From an uncultured Nitrososphaerota archaeon (GTDB taxonomy: Archaea > Korarchaeota > Korarchaeia > Korarchaeales > Korarchaeaceae), in assembly GCA_964594835.1 (NCBI GenBank), contig CAZQNA010000001.1, forward strand, positions 1-64,000: a stretch of 64,000 nucleotides of DNA, in the 5' to 3' direction. How positions within the stretch are numbered: position 1 is the first letter of the stretch; every line of letters starts with the position of its first letter. Positions 16,964-25,590 of the stretch are shown here, piece by piece. A model generated the notes under the pieces. The model worked only from the letters and a program-made list of their open reading frames with translations, did not search any database and was not told where the DNA came from. The position numbers and the translations under genes were made by a program.

Positions 16964-17772
16964 GCGTCGCCCCAAGCGCCCCCGACTTCATAAAAGAGGA
17001 GGCTGTCAGGAGGCTCTCAAGGGCGGAGAACGTGATCTTCGTGGGGGCCGGCAAGGGAGGGGTCGGTAAGAGCCTCATCTCGGCCTTGCTGGCCCTCGCG
17101 CTGGCCGACGAGGGGAAGAAGGTGGGCCTGCTGGATGTCGACGTCCACGGATCCTCCCTCCCGCACATGCTGGGGGCCAGCGGCCCTGTGGTTGCGGGGA
17201 GGGAGGGGATCGAGCCCACCGTGGCTGGGGGAGTTCACCTGATGTCCGTGGGCCTCCTCGTCGGGGACTCCCCCCTGCCCGCCGTCGGGGAGATCGAGAG
17301 GTCGCTGGTGGTGACCATGATGGCCCTCACGAACTGGCCCAGCCTCGACTACCTCGTGATCGACCTCCCGCCCGGGACCGGCGACGAGGTCATCTCGGCC
17401 CTGAGGGTCGCCAGGAACATGGATGAGGGGAGTTTCGGGACCCTCGTGGTGGCAACCCCATCCCTCGTGGCAAGGAGGATCGTGAGGAGGGTCCTCAGCC
17501 TCCTGAGGGACGAGCGAGTGAGGGTCCTGGGCCTTGTTGAGAACATGAGCTACGTGCCCTGCCCCGGGGGAGGGATGGTGAGACCCTTCGGCAGAGGGGG
17601 GGTGGACGAGCTGGCAGAGGAGTTTGGCGTGCCCGTCTTGGCCAGGTTTCCGATGGACCCGAGGGTAGAGGAGGCCATGGAGGCGGGCGACCCAATACAC
17701 AGGTGCTCGGAGGAGATCTCCAGGGCCGTGGAGGATCTCGTGAGGGGAGTAGAGGGCAGGATGGGAGGTTGA
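16960..17772 (+). CDS. Mrp/NBP35-family ATPase, probable ATPase-type HypB
   Basis: GKGGVGKS, DVDVHGSS, DLPPGTGD, VENMS; overlaps the hypA stop (ATGA) and precedes hypC. Confidence 0.85.
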   Translation: MSVAPSAPDFIKEEAVRRLSRAENVIFVGAGKGGVGKSLISALLALALADEGKKVGLLDVDVHGSSLPHMLGASGPVVAGREGIEPTVAGGVHLMSVGLLVGDSPLPAVGEIERSLVVTMMALTNWPSLDYLVIDLPPGTGDEVISALRVARNMDEGSFGTLVVATPSLVARRIVRRVLSLLRDERVRVLGLVENMSYVPCPGGGMVRPFGRGGVDELAEEFGVPVLARFPMDPRVEEAMEAGDPIHRCSEEISRAVEDLVRGVEGRMGG

Positions 17773-17777
17773 TCGGG

Positions 17778-18014
17778 ATGTGCCTCGGCATACCGGGCAG
17801 GGTCCTCGAGGTGAGGGGGAGGATGGCCGTCGTGGACTTCGGCGGGGTCAGGAGGGAGGTGGACGCGTCCCTCGAGGACGTCTCCCCCGGAGACTACGTG
17901 CTGGTCCACGCTGGCATAGTGATATCCAAGATAAGTCAGGAGGAGGCTGAGGAGACGATAAGGCTCTGGAACGAGATCTTGCAGGCGATGGAGGAGCAGG
18001 GGGTGTTCGGTTGA
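17778..18014 (+). CDS. hypC: Hydrogenase chaperone HypC
   Basis: MCLGIPG...GDYVLVHAG. Confidence 0.97.
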   Translation: MCLGIPGRVLEVRGRMAVVDFGGVRREVDASLEDVSPGDYVLVHAGIVISKISQEEAEETIRLWNEILQAMEEQGVFG

Positions 18015-19051
18015 GCGAGGACGCGGTCAGCCTCGCCCACGGTGCTGGCGGTCGGGAGACCTCCACCCTGATCCGGGAGGTGATCGTCTCCCTCCTAGAG
18101 GAGGACATGAAGAGGGTCGAGGGCGGCGTGGGCACGGACGAGCTAGACGACGGGGCCTCGATCCCACTACCGGACGGGAGACACCTGGTCTTCACCGCCG
18201 ACTCCTACACTGTCAAGCCCCCCTTCTTCCCGGGCGGGGACATAGGGGAGCTCGCCGCCTGCGGGACGATAAATGACCTCGTGATGATGGGGGCCACGCC
18301 GATCGCGATGCTGGACGCGGTAGTGGTGGAGGAGGGCTTCCCCATGTCTGACCTCCGCAGGATCGTAGCCTCACTGGTGGAGACCCTCAGGAGGGAGGGC
18401 GTGAGGCTGGTCGGCGGGGACTTCAAGGTCATGCCACGCGGGAACGTGGACGGCATCGTCGTGACGACCGCGGGGGTCGGGATCGCAGACAGGCTCATAG
18501 TCGACTCCCGGATCAGGCCCGGAGACAGGCTCATCATCACGGGCACCGTGGGAGAGCACGGGGCGGCCATACTTGCCGCCCAGAGGGGCATAGACGTTGA
18601 GTCGAAGGGGCTGAGGAGCGACTCCCGGCCCCTGACCGACCTCATGCTCCCGCTGATTCGCGAGTACGGGGAGCACATCAGGGCGGCACAGGATCCGACG
18701 CGGGGCGGACTCTCCCAGTCCCTCAACGAGTGGGCCTCGAAGACGGGCCTGATTCTGGTCGTGGACGAGTCCCGGATACCGGTCAGGGAGGAGGTGAGGG
18801 CCTACACTGAGCTCCTGGGCGTCGACCCCATGTCGCTGGCGTGCGAGGGCAGGGCCCTCCTAGCCGTCAGCCCGGACCGCGCCGAGGAGGTGCTGGAGTT
18901 CATCCGGGGCCTCGGAGAGAGAGAAGCTCAGATCATCGGAGAGGTGCGCTCCTCGGAGAGGTACATTGGACTCGTCCTGATAAAGACGCTCGCAGGCGGC
19001 CTCCGCATACTGGAGCCCCCCTCAGGCGTTCCTGTTCCGAGGATATGCTAA
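18011..19051 (+). CDS. hypE: Carbamoyl dehydratase HypE
   Basis: LAHGAGG, DSYTVKPPFFPGGDIG, DPTRGG, C-terminal PRIC. Confidence 0.97.
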   Translation: MSEDAVSLAHGAGGRETSTLIREVIVSLLEEDMKRVEGGVGTDELDDGASIPLPDGRHLVFTADSYTVKPPFFPGGDIGELAACGTINDLVMMGATPIAMLDAVVVEEGFPMSDLRRIVASLVETLRREGVRLVGGDFKVMPRGNVDGIVVTTAGVGIADRLIVDSRIRPGDRLIITGTVGEHGAAILAAQRGIDVESKGLRSDSRPLTDLMLPLIREYGEHIRAAQDPTRGGLSQSLNEWASKTGLILVVDESRIPVREEVRAYTELLGVDPMSLACEGRALLAVSPDRAEEVLEFIRGLGEREAQIIGEVRSSERYIGLVLIKTLAGGLRILEPPSGVPVPRIC

Positions 19052-19094
19052 GGGGCACCGAGCCCCTTATTTTCCGCCGCCCAGGGGGATCCCA

Positions 19095-19823
19095 GTGTCG
19101 CTCTGCTGCGTGAGGAGGTTCAGGATAGGCCGCTGGTCGGGGGGGCGGCTGTCCGAGGTCGAAGACGCGGTCCTCGAGGAGGTGCCCATCGAGGTCTACA
19201 TGAACGGCAGACTGGTGAGTAGGCTTCACGCCCTGCCCCTTGACTTGGAGGAGCTGGGGGTGGGATACGTCGTGTCGGAGGGGCTCGCCCGGCCGGAGGG
19301 GATCCTCTCCTGGAGATCAGGAGAGTTGAGGGTGGAGGTCGAGGCAGAGGCTGCAGGGAACGCCCGTCCCAGTGGCTTGAGATCCTCGTCCCCTCTCGGG
19401 GGACCTCGGCTCTCTCCCAACGCCATAGGTCGGATTTCCAAGGTGCTCACGGAGGGGACGGAGCTTCACAGGCTGACCGGCGCGACTCACCTCGCCGGCG
19501 CCTTCCACCCCTCGGGAGAGTCCATCTGTCTGTTCGAGGACGTCGGCCGACACAACGCAGTGGACAAGGTGATAGGGAGGATAGTCATTGACCGGATTCC
19601 GGCAGAGGAAGTGGTCCTCGCGCTGTCGGGTAGGCTGACGGTCGGGATCACGACGAAGGCGGCGCGGGCCGGGGTAGGGGTCCTGATATCCAAGTCGGCC
19701 CCCAGCTCGGCCTCAGTGGAGGCGGCCAGGAGGCTGGGCATGACCCTGATCGGGTTCGCGAGGGGGGCGAGATTCAACGTCTACAGCGGCCTCGATAGGT
19801 TGGACCTCAGCCCTCGCCCTTGA
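19095..19823 (+). CDS. fdhD: Formate dehydrogenase accessory protein FdhD
   Basis: EEVPIEVYMNG, TGATHLAG, EDVGRHNAVDKVIG, SGRL, LIGFARG. Confidence 0.9.
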   Translation: MSLCCVRRFRIGRWSGGRLSEVEDAVLEEVPIEVYMNGRLVSRLHALPLDLEELGVGYVVSEGLARPEGILSWRSGELRVEVEAEAAGNARPSGLRSSSPLGGPRLSPNAIGRISKVLTEGTELHRLTGATHLAGAFHPSGESICLFEDVGRHNAVDKVIGRIVIDRIPAEEVVLALSGRLTVGITTKAARAGVGVLISKSAPSSASVEAARRLGMTLIGFARGARFNVYSGLDRLDLSPRP

Positions 19824-19950
19824 CCCTGAACTTGTCCCTCTTCTTGCCGCCCCTCTTCTTGCACTTGGAGGCCTCTGGATACAGCATCTCCTCCAAGGCG
19901 AAGAGATCCTCAGGAACCTCCTCGGTGAAGTTCTCCTCCTCTTCGCTCAT
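19807..19950 (-). CDS. 47-aa small protein not in the ORF track (MSEEEENFTEEVPEDLFALEEMLYPEASKCKKRGGKKRDKFRVKGEG)
   Basis: ATG at 19950 to TGA at 19807; host-typical codons (GAG/AAG/AGG); lies downstream of the AT-rich spacer. Confidence 0.55.
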   Translation of the reverse strand: MSEEEENFTEEVPEDLFALEEMLYPEASKCKKRGGKKRDKFRVKGEG

Positions 19951-19954
19951 CTCG

Positions 19955-20240
19955 TAACGTAGTTACTGGGGTGACTAAAAACCATCTCTCTCAATCGGTT
20001 GAGTTCATTTTAAAGTTCTAAAAATTATGGATTCACTCATCTGAAAAGTTGTATATACTATACCTTTGAGATATTTACAATAGTTATTCAACGGCTGGGC
20101 CCTCTCTGATCAATTGTTTTGTTCTGTATGATGGAAGTATCTGCCCATTTTCTAACAAGATTTGTAGTTAACTCTGTTTTTCGGCAAAGCTTATCTTGAT
20201 ACGAGAGAAGGAGTTATACCTATCAGAATATAGGTGGTGT
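19955..20240. promoter_or_regulatory. AT-rich intergenic promoter region of the fdh operon
   Basis: Sharp GC drop; several TATA-like tracts; short inverted repeats (CTCAA-TCGG-TTGAG, ACAA-GAT-TTGT). Confidence 0.5.
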
Positions 20241-20243
20241 CCC

Positions 20244-23200
20244 TTGGCAGAGTCTGTTGTCGTCAGGAGGAGAGACTTCCTTAAGGTGCTTGGCCTCTCT
20301 TCCGTGCCTCTGCTACTCGGCGACTCCTCAAAGCTGGTCCTGGCGATCACCTCCCCGAGCGAGGAAGAGATAAGGGCCATGGAGAAGGACCTCCGCCTAA
20401 CCAGAACCGTCAGGGGGGTGTGCGCCTACTGCGCGGTCGGATGCGGCATAATATTCTATAAGGTCGGAGACAGCGTCGTCTACGTCGAGGGAGATCCCGA
20501 CAATCCCATCAATGAGGGCAAGCTATGCCCCAAGGGTAAGGCCTCAATACAGCTGTTTGGGGAGCACAACCCCAGGCGCATCAAGACTCCGATGATAAGG
20601 GTCAATCCCAAGCCTCCGCTCGATGAGCTGAAGGCCGTCAGGAGCCAGGCGGACCTGAGAAAGATTCTCGAGAAATATAAGCCCATATGGAAGCCCGTGA
20701 CCTGGGATGAGGCCATCTCCTTTGTTGCTAGGAGGATCAAGGAGATACTGGACGAGGTCGGGTGGGATCCGCGGCAGGAGGACGGGTTCTACTATAACGG
20801 AAAGCAGTTTCCCGTAATGATAGAGGCAGGGGCCAAGCTGACCAACGAGGAGGCCTACCTGATCAAGAAGATGACTACCATGATGGGGAGCTACAACATA
20901 GACCACGACGCCAGGAGGTGCCACTCGACGACCGTGGCGGGTCTGGCGGGCACCGTGGGGTTCGGCGCCCAGACGCAGCACTTCATTGACACGCAATTCC
21001 CGGCGGTTTACCTGATCTTCGGAGGGAACCCGGCGGAGAATCACCCCGTCAGCATGAGGCACACGCTGAGGGGAAAGGAAGAGAGGGGCCTGAAGCTCGT
21101 GGTGGTGGACCCGAGGTACAACAGAACGGCCAGCAAGTCCGACATATTCGCGTTCTTCCGGCCGGGGAGCGACCTGGCCTTCCTCCTCTACATCCTGCAC
21201 TACGCCTTCTGGGAGAGGAACCCTCCAGTTGATCAGCTGAGCACGTTCAGAGAGTTCGTCGAGCGGTTCAACGTCGACATCGACGAGATCGCGGAGTTCA
21301 AGGAAATAGCCAAGGACTACACGGCCGAAGAGGTCTCCAAGATAACTGGAATACCCCCCGACAAGCTCAGGCTGATCGCGCAGACCTACGTCGAGAACTC
21401 CGGGGTGACAACGAACTTCCAGAGGTTCGCCTCCATCCAGTGGGCCATGGGGCAGACTCAGCACCACATAGGGACGCAGATCACGAGGATGAGCGCGCTG
21501 ATCCAGCTCACGCTCGGGAACATGGGGTTCCCGGGAGGCGGGCTGAACCCGTACAGGGGACACAGCAACGTCCAGGGGACCACAGACCTCTGCATCCTGT
21601 CGCACATCCTCCCAGGGTACATCAAGCAGCCGTCCAGCACCCTCCAGATCCGGGTGTACCAGGACTGGAAGAACAAGGGATTTCCAGACGCCTGGCATTG
21701 GGAGATACCTGAATGGGCCGGCTCCTCGTTCGGCCCCAACGAGAAGGGGAAGGTAAGCTCCACGAAGATCCTCTGGAGCTGGTGGTTCCACAACTGGAGG
21801 AGGTTCGAGCTGACCTGGGGCATCTTCGTCGGCACCGACCCGGAGGACGACCCGCAGAACGGCACCGTGATAAGCGACTTCCCGTTCGGCAAGGGGTACA
21901 CCGAGAACACTTGGTGGCAGGGGGCCCTGTTCGACGACGTGATCAAGGCGGCCATAATCATGGCCGAGAACCCCGCCGTGAGCAACGCGGACACCCTGAC
22001 CGAGTACATGGCCCTGGCCTCCCTGAAGCTGCTGGTGGTGGTGGACCTCTGGGAGACCGAGACCGCCACGTTCGCCGACGTCCTCCTGCCGGGCGCGGTG
22101 CAGTACGAGAAGTACGGAAGCATCACGAACAGCAGCAGGTGGATACAGTGGCAGGACAGGGTTGTGAACCCGCCGGGCGACGCCAAGCCAGACCTCTGGA
22201 TAATGACGAGGCTCTGGGAGGCCCTAAAGGCAGAGGGCGCGGTGAGGCTGCCGAGTCAGGTCTACGGAAAGTACAGGGAGAAGGTCCTGATTCGGAACCC
22301 GTACAAGGAGGGAGAGCTCGTCAAGCTTTACGAGAGGAAGATATCGCCCTTCATGGACTACTACACGGGCAGGCTCCCGGACGAGGACTACTCCGAGGTC
22401 GACCCCGAGCTCGTCTACCGCGAGATAGACCTGGCCGTCGACCTCTACAACGGGATGTACGATTGGGTGGACCGCAGGCCGCTGGCCAAGAGGAGGATCG
22501 CCTTCCTGAGGGGAGAGTCGGACATCGACGGAATCCTGGACAAGACCTACCTCATGCACAAGGACTGGGGATGGAGCTGGCCCAAGAACGTGAGGATCCT
22601 CTACAACCTCTGGACCCTCTCGAAGACCCTCGGCAGGAGGGTCACCTACGAATTCCCGTCGGGGAAGTACGCCGTCGGACCGGAGCTGGACGGGAAGACC
22701 GTGGAGGTAACGGGAGAGACCGGGGAGATCAGGGACGCCGTCTCCGGGGAGTGGCGTCCAGCCTTCATACCCGGCCACAACTTCGTGATAGGGAAGTTCT
22801 ACAAGAGGGCCTGGAGCGGGGTGGCCGACGTCTTCACCGGGGCGGTGGACCCGAGGTCTCTGCTCCGCGGGAGGGTTGTCGGGAAGTTCATCTTCTTCCA
22901 CGAGGACGGGAGCTACGAGATCAAGACCACCGACGAGCTGGGCATCGTCTGTCCACTCTGCGAGAGCTTCTACTACGACCAGGAGGTCGTCATGGCCGGG
23001 AAGGCGAGCTACAAGAAGCCGTACTTCAAGGGCACCAAGGACCTCGGCGACGGTAGGGTGGTCAAGTACGTCGGGTTCTACGACTGGAAGAGGGTTAGAG
23101 ACGCGTTCTCAAGCGAACTGGCCCAGCTGGCCGATCAGATGGGTCTCAAGGGGGCCGTTATCGAGATGAAGAGGAGGTACGGGGAGTGGTACGCCTATCC

Positions 23201-23888
23201 CAGCCCGACCAATCCTAACGAGATCTGGGCGTGGGACATGAGGTATCCGATCCACTACGAGCCGGCCGAGTCCATATCCAAGGAGCTTGCCGTGAAGTAT
23301 CCGTCGATGGCGTGGAGGAGGGGCGAGAACTTCAACCTGATCAGCCCGCCCAAGGAGGACCTCAGAGAGCTGGCGGACACGGCGAACCTCACTCCCGAGG
23401 AGATGCACGTCCCCGAGGACGCGGTCGTTGTGACCGCGACCACGAACAGGCTCACCGAGCACTTCCACACCGGTCAGCTGACTAGGAACCTCCCGCTGCT
23501 GGCGGAACTCTTCCCAGAGCCGTTCGTAGAGATTCCGAAGCCTCTGGCAGATTCCCTCGGGATAAAGAGCGGGGACATAGTGGAGGTGGGCAACAACAGG
23601 AACAGGATCTTCCTCAGGGCCATGGTGACCAACAGAGTTCCCAAGATGGCGATCGGTCCTGATGGCAGGGAGTGCTACGTCGTGAACTTGCCCTGGCACT
23701 GGGGCTGGGCCGGAGCCCACAGCACCTATGCCGTCGTCAACACGGTCTCCGGGATCTACATGGACACCGTGACCACCATGCAGGAGACCAAGACGTTCCT
23801 AGTGTACATCCGCAAGGCCTCTCCAGCCGACTATGACTACAGGGCGGAGGGCGTGCCGACCTCCTGGGCGGCCCCCAGCAGGAGGTGA
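20244..23888 (+). CDS. fdnG: Tat-exported Mo/W formate dehydrogenase catalytic subunit (FdnG-like, Cys form)
   Basis: RRRDFLK Tat motif, CAYCAVGCG...LCPKG, ARRCHSTT (TGC Cys), RGHSNVQG, TTNRLTEHFH, LPWHWG; TTG start at 20244. Confidence 0.9.
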   Translation: MAESVVVRRRDFLKVLGLSSVPLLLGDSSKLVLAITSPSEEEIRAMEKDLRLTRTVRGVCAYCAVGCGIIFYKVGDSVVYVEGDPDNPINEGKLCPKGKASIQLFGEHNPRRIKTPMIRVNPKPPLDELKAVRSQADLRKILEKYKPIWKPVTWDEAISFVARRIKEILDEVGWDPRQEDGFYYNGKQFPVMIEAGAKLTNEEAYLIKKMTTMMGSYNIDHDARRCHSTTVAGLAGTVGFGAQTQHFIDTQFPAVYLIFGGNPAENHPVSMRHTLRGKEERGLKLVVVDPRYNRTASKSDIFAFFRPGSDLAFLLYILHYAFWERNPPVDQLSTFREFVERFNVDIDEIAEFKEIAKDYTAEEVSKITGIPPDKLRLIAQTYVENSGVTTNFQRFASIQWAMGQTQHHIGTQITRMSALIQLTLGNMGFPGGGLNPYRGHSNVQGTTDLCILSHILPGYIKQPSSTLQIRVYQDWKNKGFPDAWHWEIPEWAGSSFGPNEKGKVSSTKILWSWWFHNWRRFELTWGIFVGTDPEDDPQNGTVISDFPFGKGYTENTWWQGALFDDVIKAAIIMAENPAVSNADTLTEYMALASLKLLVVVDLWETETATFADVLLPGAVQYEKYGSITNSSRWIQWQDRVVNPPGDAKPDLWIMTRLWEALKAEGAVRLPSQVYGKYREKVLIRNPYKEGELVKLYERKISPFMDYYTGRLPDEDYSEVDPELVYREIDLAVDLYNGMYDWVDRRPLAKRRIAFLRGESDIDGILDKTYLMHKDWGWSWPKNVRILYNLWTLSKTLGRRVTYEFPSGKYAVGPELDGKTVEVTGETGEIRDAVSGEWRPAFIPGHNFVIGKFYKRAWSGVADVFTGAVDPRSLLRGRVVGKFIFFHEDGSYEIKTTDELGIVCPLCESFYYDQEVVMAGKASYKKPYFKGTKDLGDGRVVKYVGFYDWKRVRDAFSSELAQLADQMGLKGAVIEMKRRYGEWYAYPSPTNPNEIWAWDMRYPIHYEPAESISKELAVKYPSMAWRRGENFNLISPPKEDLRELADTANLTPEEMHVPEDAVVVTATTNRLTEHFHTGQLTRNLPLLAELFPEPFVEIPKPLADSLGIKSGDIVEVGNNRNRIFLRAMVTNRVPKMAIGPDGRECYVVNLPWHWGWAGAHSTYAVVNTVSGIYMDTVTTMQETKTFLVYIRKASPADYDYRAEGVPTSWAAPSRR

Positions 23889-23890
23889 TC

Positions 23891-24649
23891 ATGATGGAAT
23901 ATGGAGTCCTCGTGGTGGTCGACAGGTGCATAGGGTGCCGGGCCTGCCAGGTGGCCTGTCACGTGTGGAACGGCACCGAGGCCGAGCTGACAGAGTTCTC
24001 TCCGGACTACACAAACCCGCCGGACCTCACCTCAAACGTCTGGACCATGATCAGGTTCGTCGAGATGGGAGAGGGCGACAGCCTCAGGTGGTACTTTGTG
24101 AAGAGGCAGTGCATGCACTGCGTCGAGCCCGCGTGCGTCGCCGCCTGCCCCACAGGGGCGCTTCACAAGGATGAAGACGGAATAGTCCTCTGGGACTCTA
24201 AGAAGTGTATCGGGTGCAGGTACTGCGTCGAGGCCTGCCCGTACGGCGTGCCGCACTTTGATCCCCTTGACAAGACGATAAGGAAGTGCACATTCTGCGC
24301 GGACAGGGTCAGGGAGGGCCTCGAGCCTGCGTGCGTCGCCGCCTGCCCCACGGACGCCTTAATCTTCGGTAGCCTGGACGAGATCAGGGCCAAGGCAGAG
24401 GAGTACAGGACGAAGGGGCATCCGGTCTATGGACTGGAGGAAGGAGGAGGAACCTCCTGGATCTACGTATTCCCGAAAGAGACTGCACCGTCCGACGCTG
24501 GCCTGCCGAGGCTTGGGCCTGAGAGTCCGCGTGAAAGGATAGACAAGGGACTCATGGCTCTGGCCCTGGCCGCCGTGGCTGGACTGGCCGTCTGGGGAAC
24601 TTCGAGGGGCAAGGCCGCTCCGGCAGTCCAAGAGGTTAAGGCGAGGTGA
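23891..24649 (+). CDS. fdnH: Formate dehydrogenase FeS (beta) subunit, FdnH-like
   Basis: CIGCRACQVAC, QCMHCVEPACVAACP, KCTFC; C-terminal TM helix; no Tat motif. Confidence 0.9.
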   Translation: MMEYGVLVVVDRCIGCRACQVACHVWNGTEAELTEFSPDYTNPPDLTSNVWTMIRFVEMGEGDSLRWYFVKRQCMHCVEPACVAACPTGALHKDEDGIVLWDSKKCIGCRYCVEACPYGVPHFDPLDKTIRKCTFCADRVREGLEPACVAACPTDALIFGSLDEIRAKAEEYRTKGHPVYGLEEGGGTSWIYVFPKETAPSDAGLPRLGPESPRERIDKGLMALALAAVAGLAVWGTSRGKAAPAVQEVKAR

Positions 24650-25524
24650 TTGCGATGGTAGAGTGGGGAATACTGATAGCGACGTACCTGTTCCTTGGGG
24701 GGCTCGCTGGTGGGCTCTTCGCCTCGACCGCGGCCCTTGACGCGCTGACGCGTGGAAAGATTGAGCGCACAGCAAAGCTTGGCGCGCTGATCTCTTGGAT
24801 CTCCATGGCCATCGGACTTATCCTCCTACTGGCCGATCTGGGAAGGCCTGAGCACGCCTTCAGGATAATGTTAGCACCTCACATGGAGTCTCCAATGGCA
24901 TGGGGCGCCTGGGTCATAGTGATGTTCACGGTGCTGGGGCTTGCGTACTGGCTCGGACTCTCTGGCTTTGGAGGAGAGCTCCTTAAGCCACTGAGATCCG
25001 CCCTCCACCGAATCAAGGATCTCTTGGGGGCTCTAGGATCCATGTTCGGCCTGATGACGGCAGCCTACACGGGAATACTCCTGGGATTCTCCAGACTACC
25101 TCTCTGGAGGCCCTGGGCTCTCCCCCTCCTCTTCACGGTGTCGGGGATCGCAACCGGATACGCCGTCCTCACGTACCTGGTGCACCACACTGGGGAGGAT
25201 GCCGGACTGAGCCCCGCAGGCCTGTCCAAGGTGGAGCTGACCATTGGAGTGATAGAGCTCCTGGTCGCGCTGCTCTACGTCGCGACGATCCCGGCGTCCG
25301 CGAGGGGGGCAATAGCGTCTCTAACCAGCGTGAACGGGATCCTGTTCTGGCTGGGATTCGTGGCAATAGGGCTGATCGTCGGAGAGATACTCCTCCCGGC
25401 GATCTCGCTCAGGACGCCCGAGAAGGGCCTCAGCCCAGCGCTGGTGCTGACGACCGCGGCCTTAGTGTTAATTGGGGGCTACATTCTCAGATACGCGGTG
25501 CTCTATGCCGGCCAGGTGGCCTGA
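24646..25524 (+). CDS. NrfD/PsrC-type membrane anchor (second paralog)
   Basis: WGILIATYLFLGGLAGG, DLGRPE, SPMAWG, YTGILL. Confidence 0.9.
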   Translation: MIAMVEWGILIATYLFLGGLAGGLFASTAALDALTRGKIERTAKLGALISWISMAIGLILLLADLGRPEHAFRIMLAPHMESPMAWGAWVIVMFTVLGLAYWLGLSGFGGELLKPLRSALHRIKDLLGALGSMFGLMTAAYTGILLGFSRLPLWRPWALPLLFTVSGIATGYAVLTYLVHHTGEDAGLSPAGLSKVELTIGVIELLVALLYVATIPASARGAIASLTSVNGILFWLGFVAIGLIVGEILLPAISLRTPEKGLSPALVLTTAALVLIGGYILRYAVLYAGQVA

Positions 25525-25545
25525 GCCCCCCTTCCCACTTTTTAA
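25525..25545 (+). terminator. Pyrimidine/T-tract terminator-like (or internal promoter) element
   Basis: GCCCCCCTTCCCACTTTTTAA after the NrfD stop. Confidence 0.35.
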
Positions 25546-25590
25546 CTCGCCCCGTCGGGTGGGGAGTTCCTCGTCAGGGAGGATTGGAGG

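Noticed and set aside
20915-20925. Selenocysteine in the FDH or hydrogenase active sites
   Set aside because: Both are Cys codons (ARRCH; DPCLAC); no in-frame TGA
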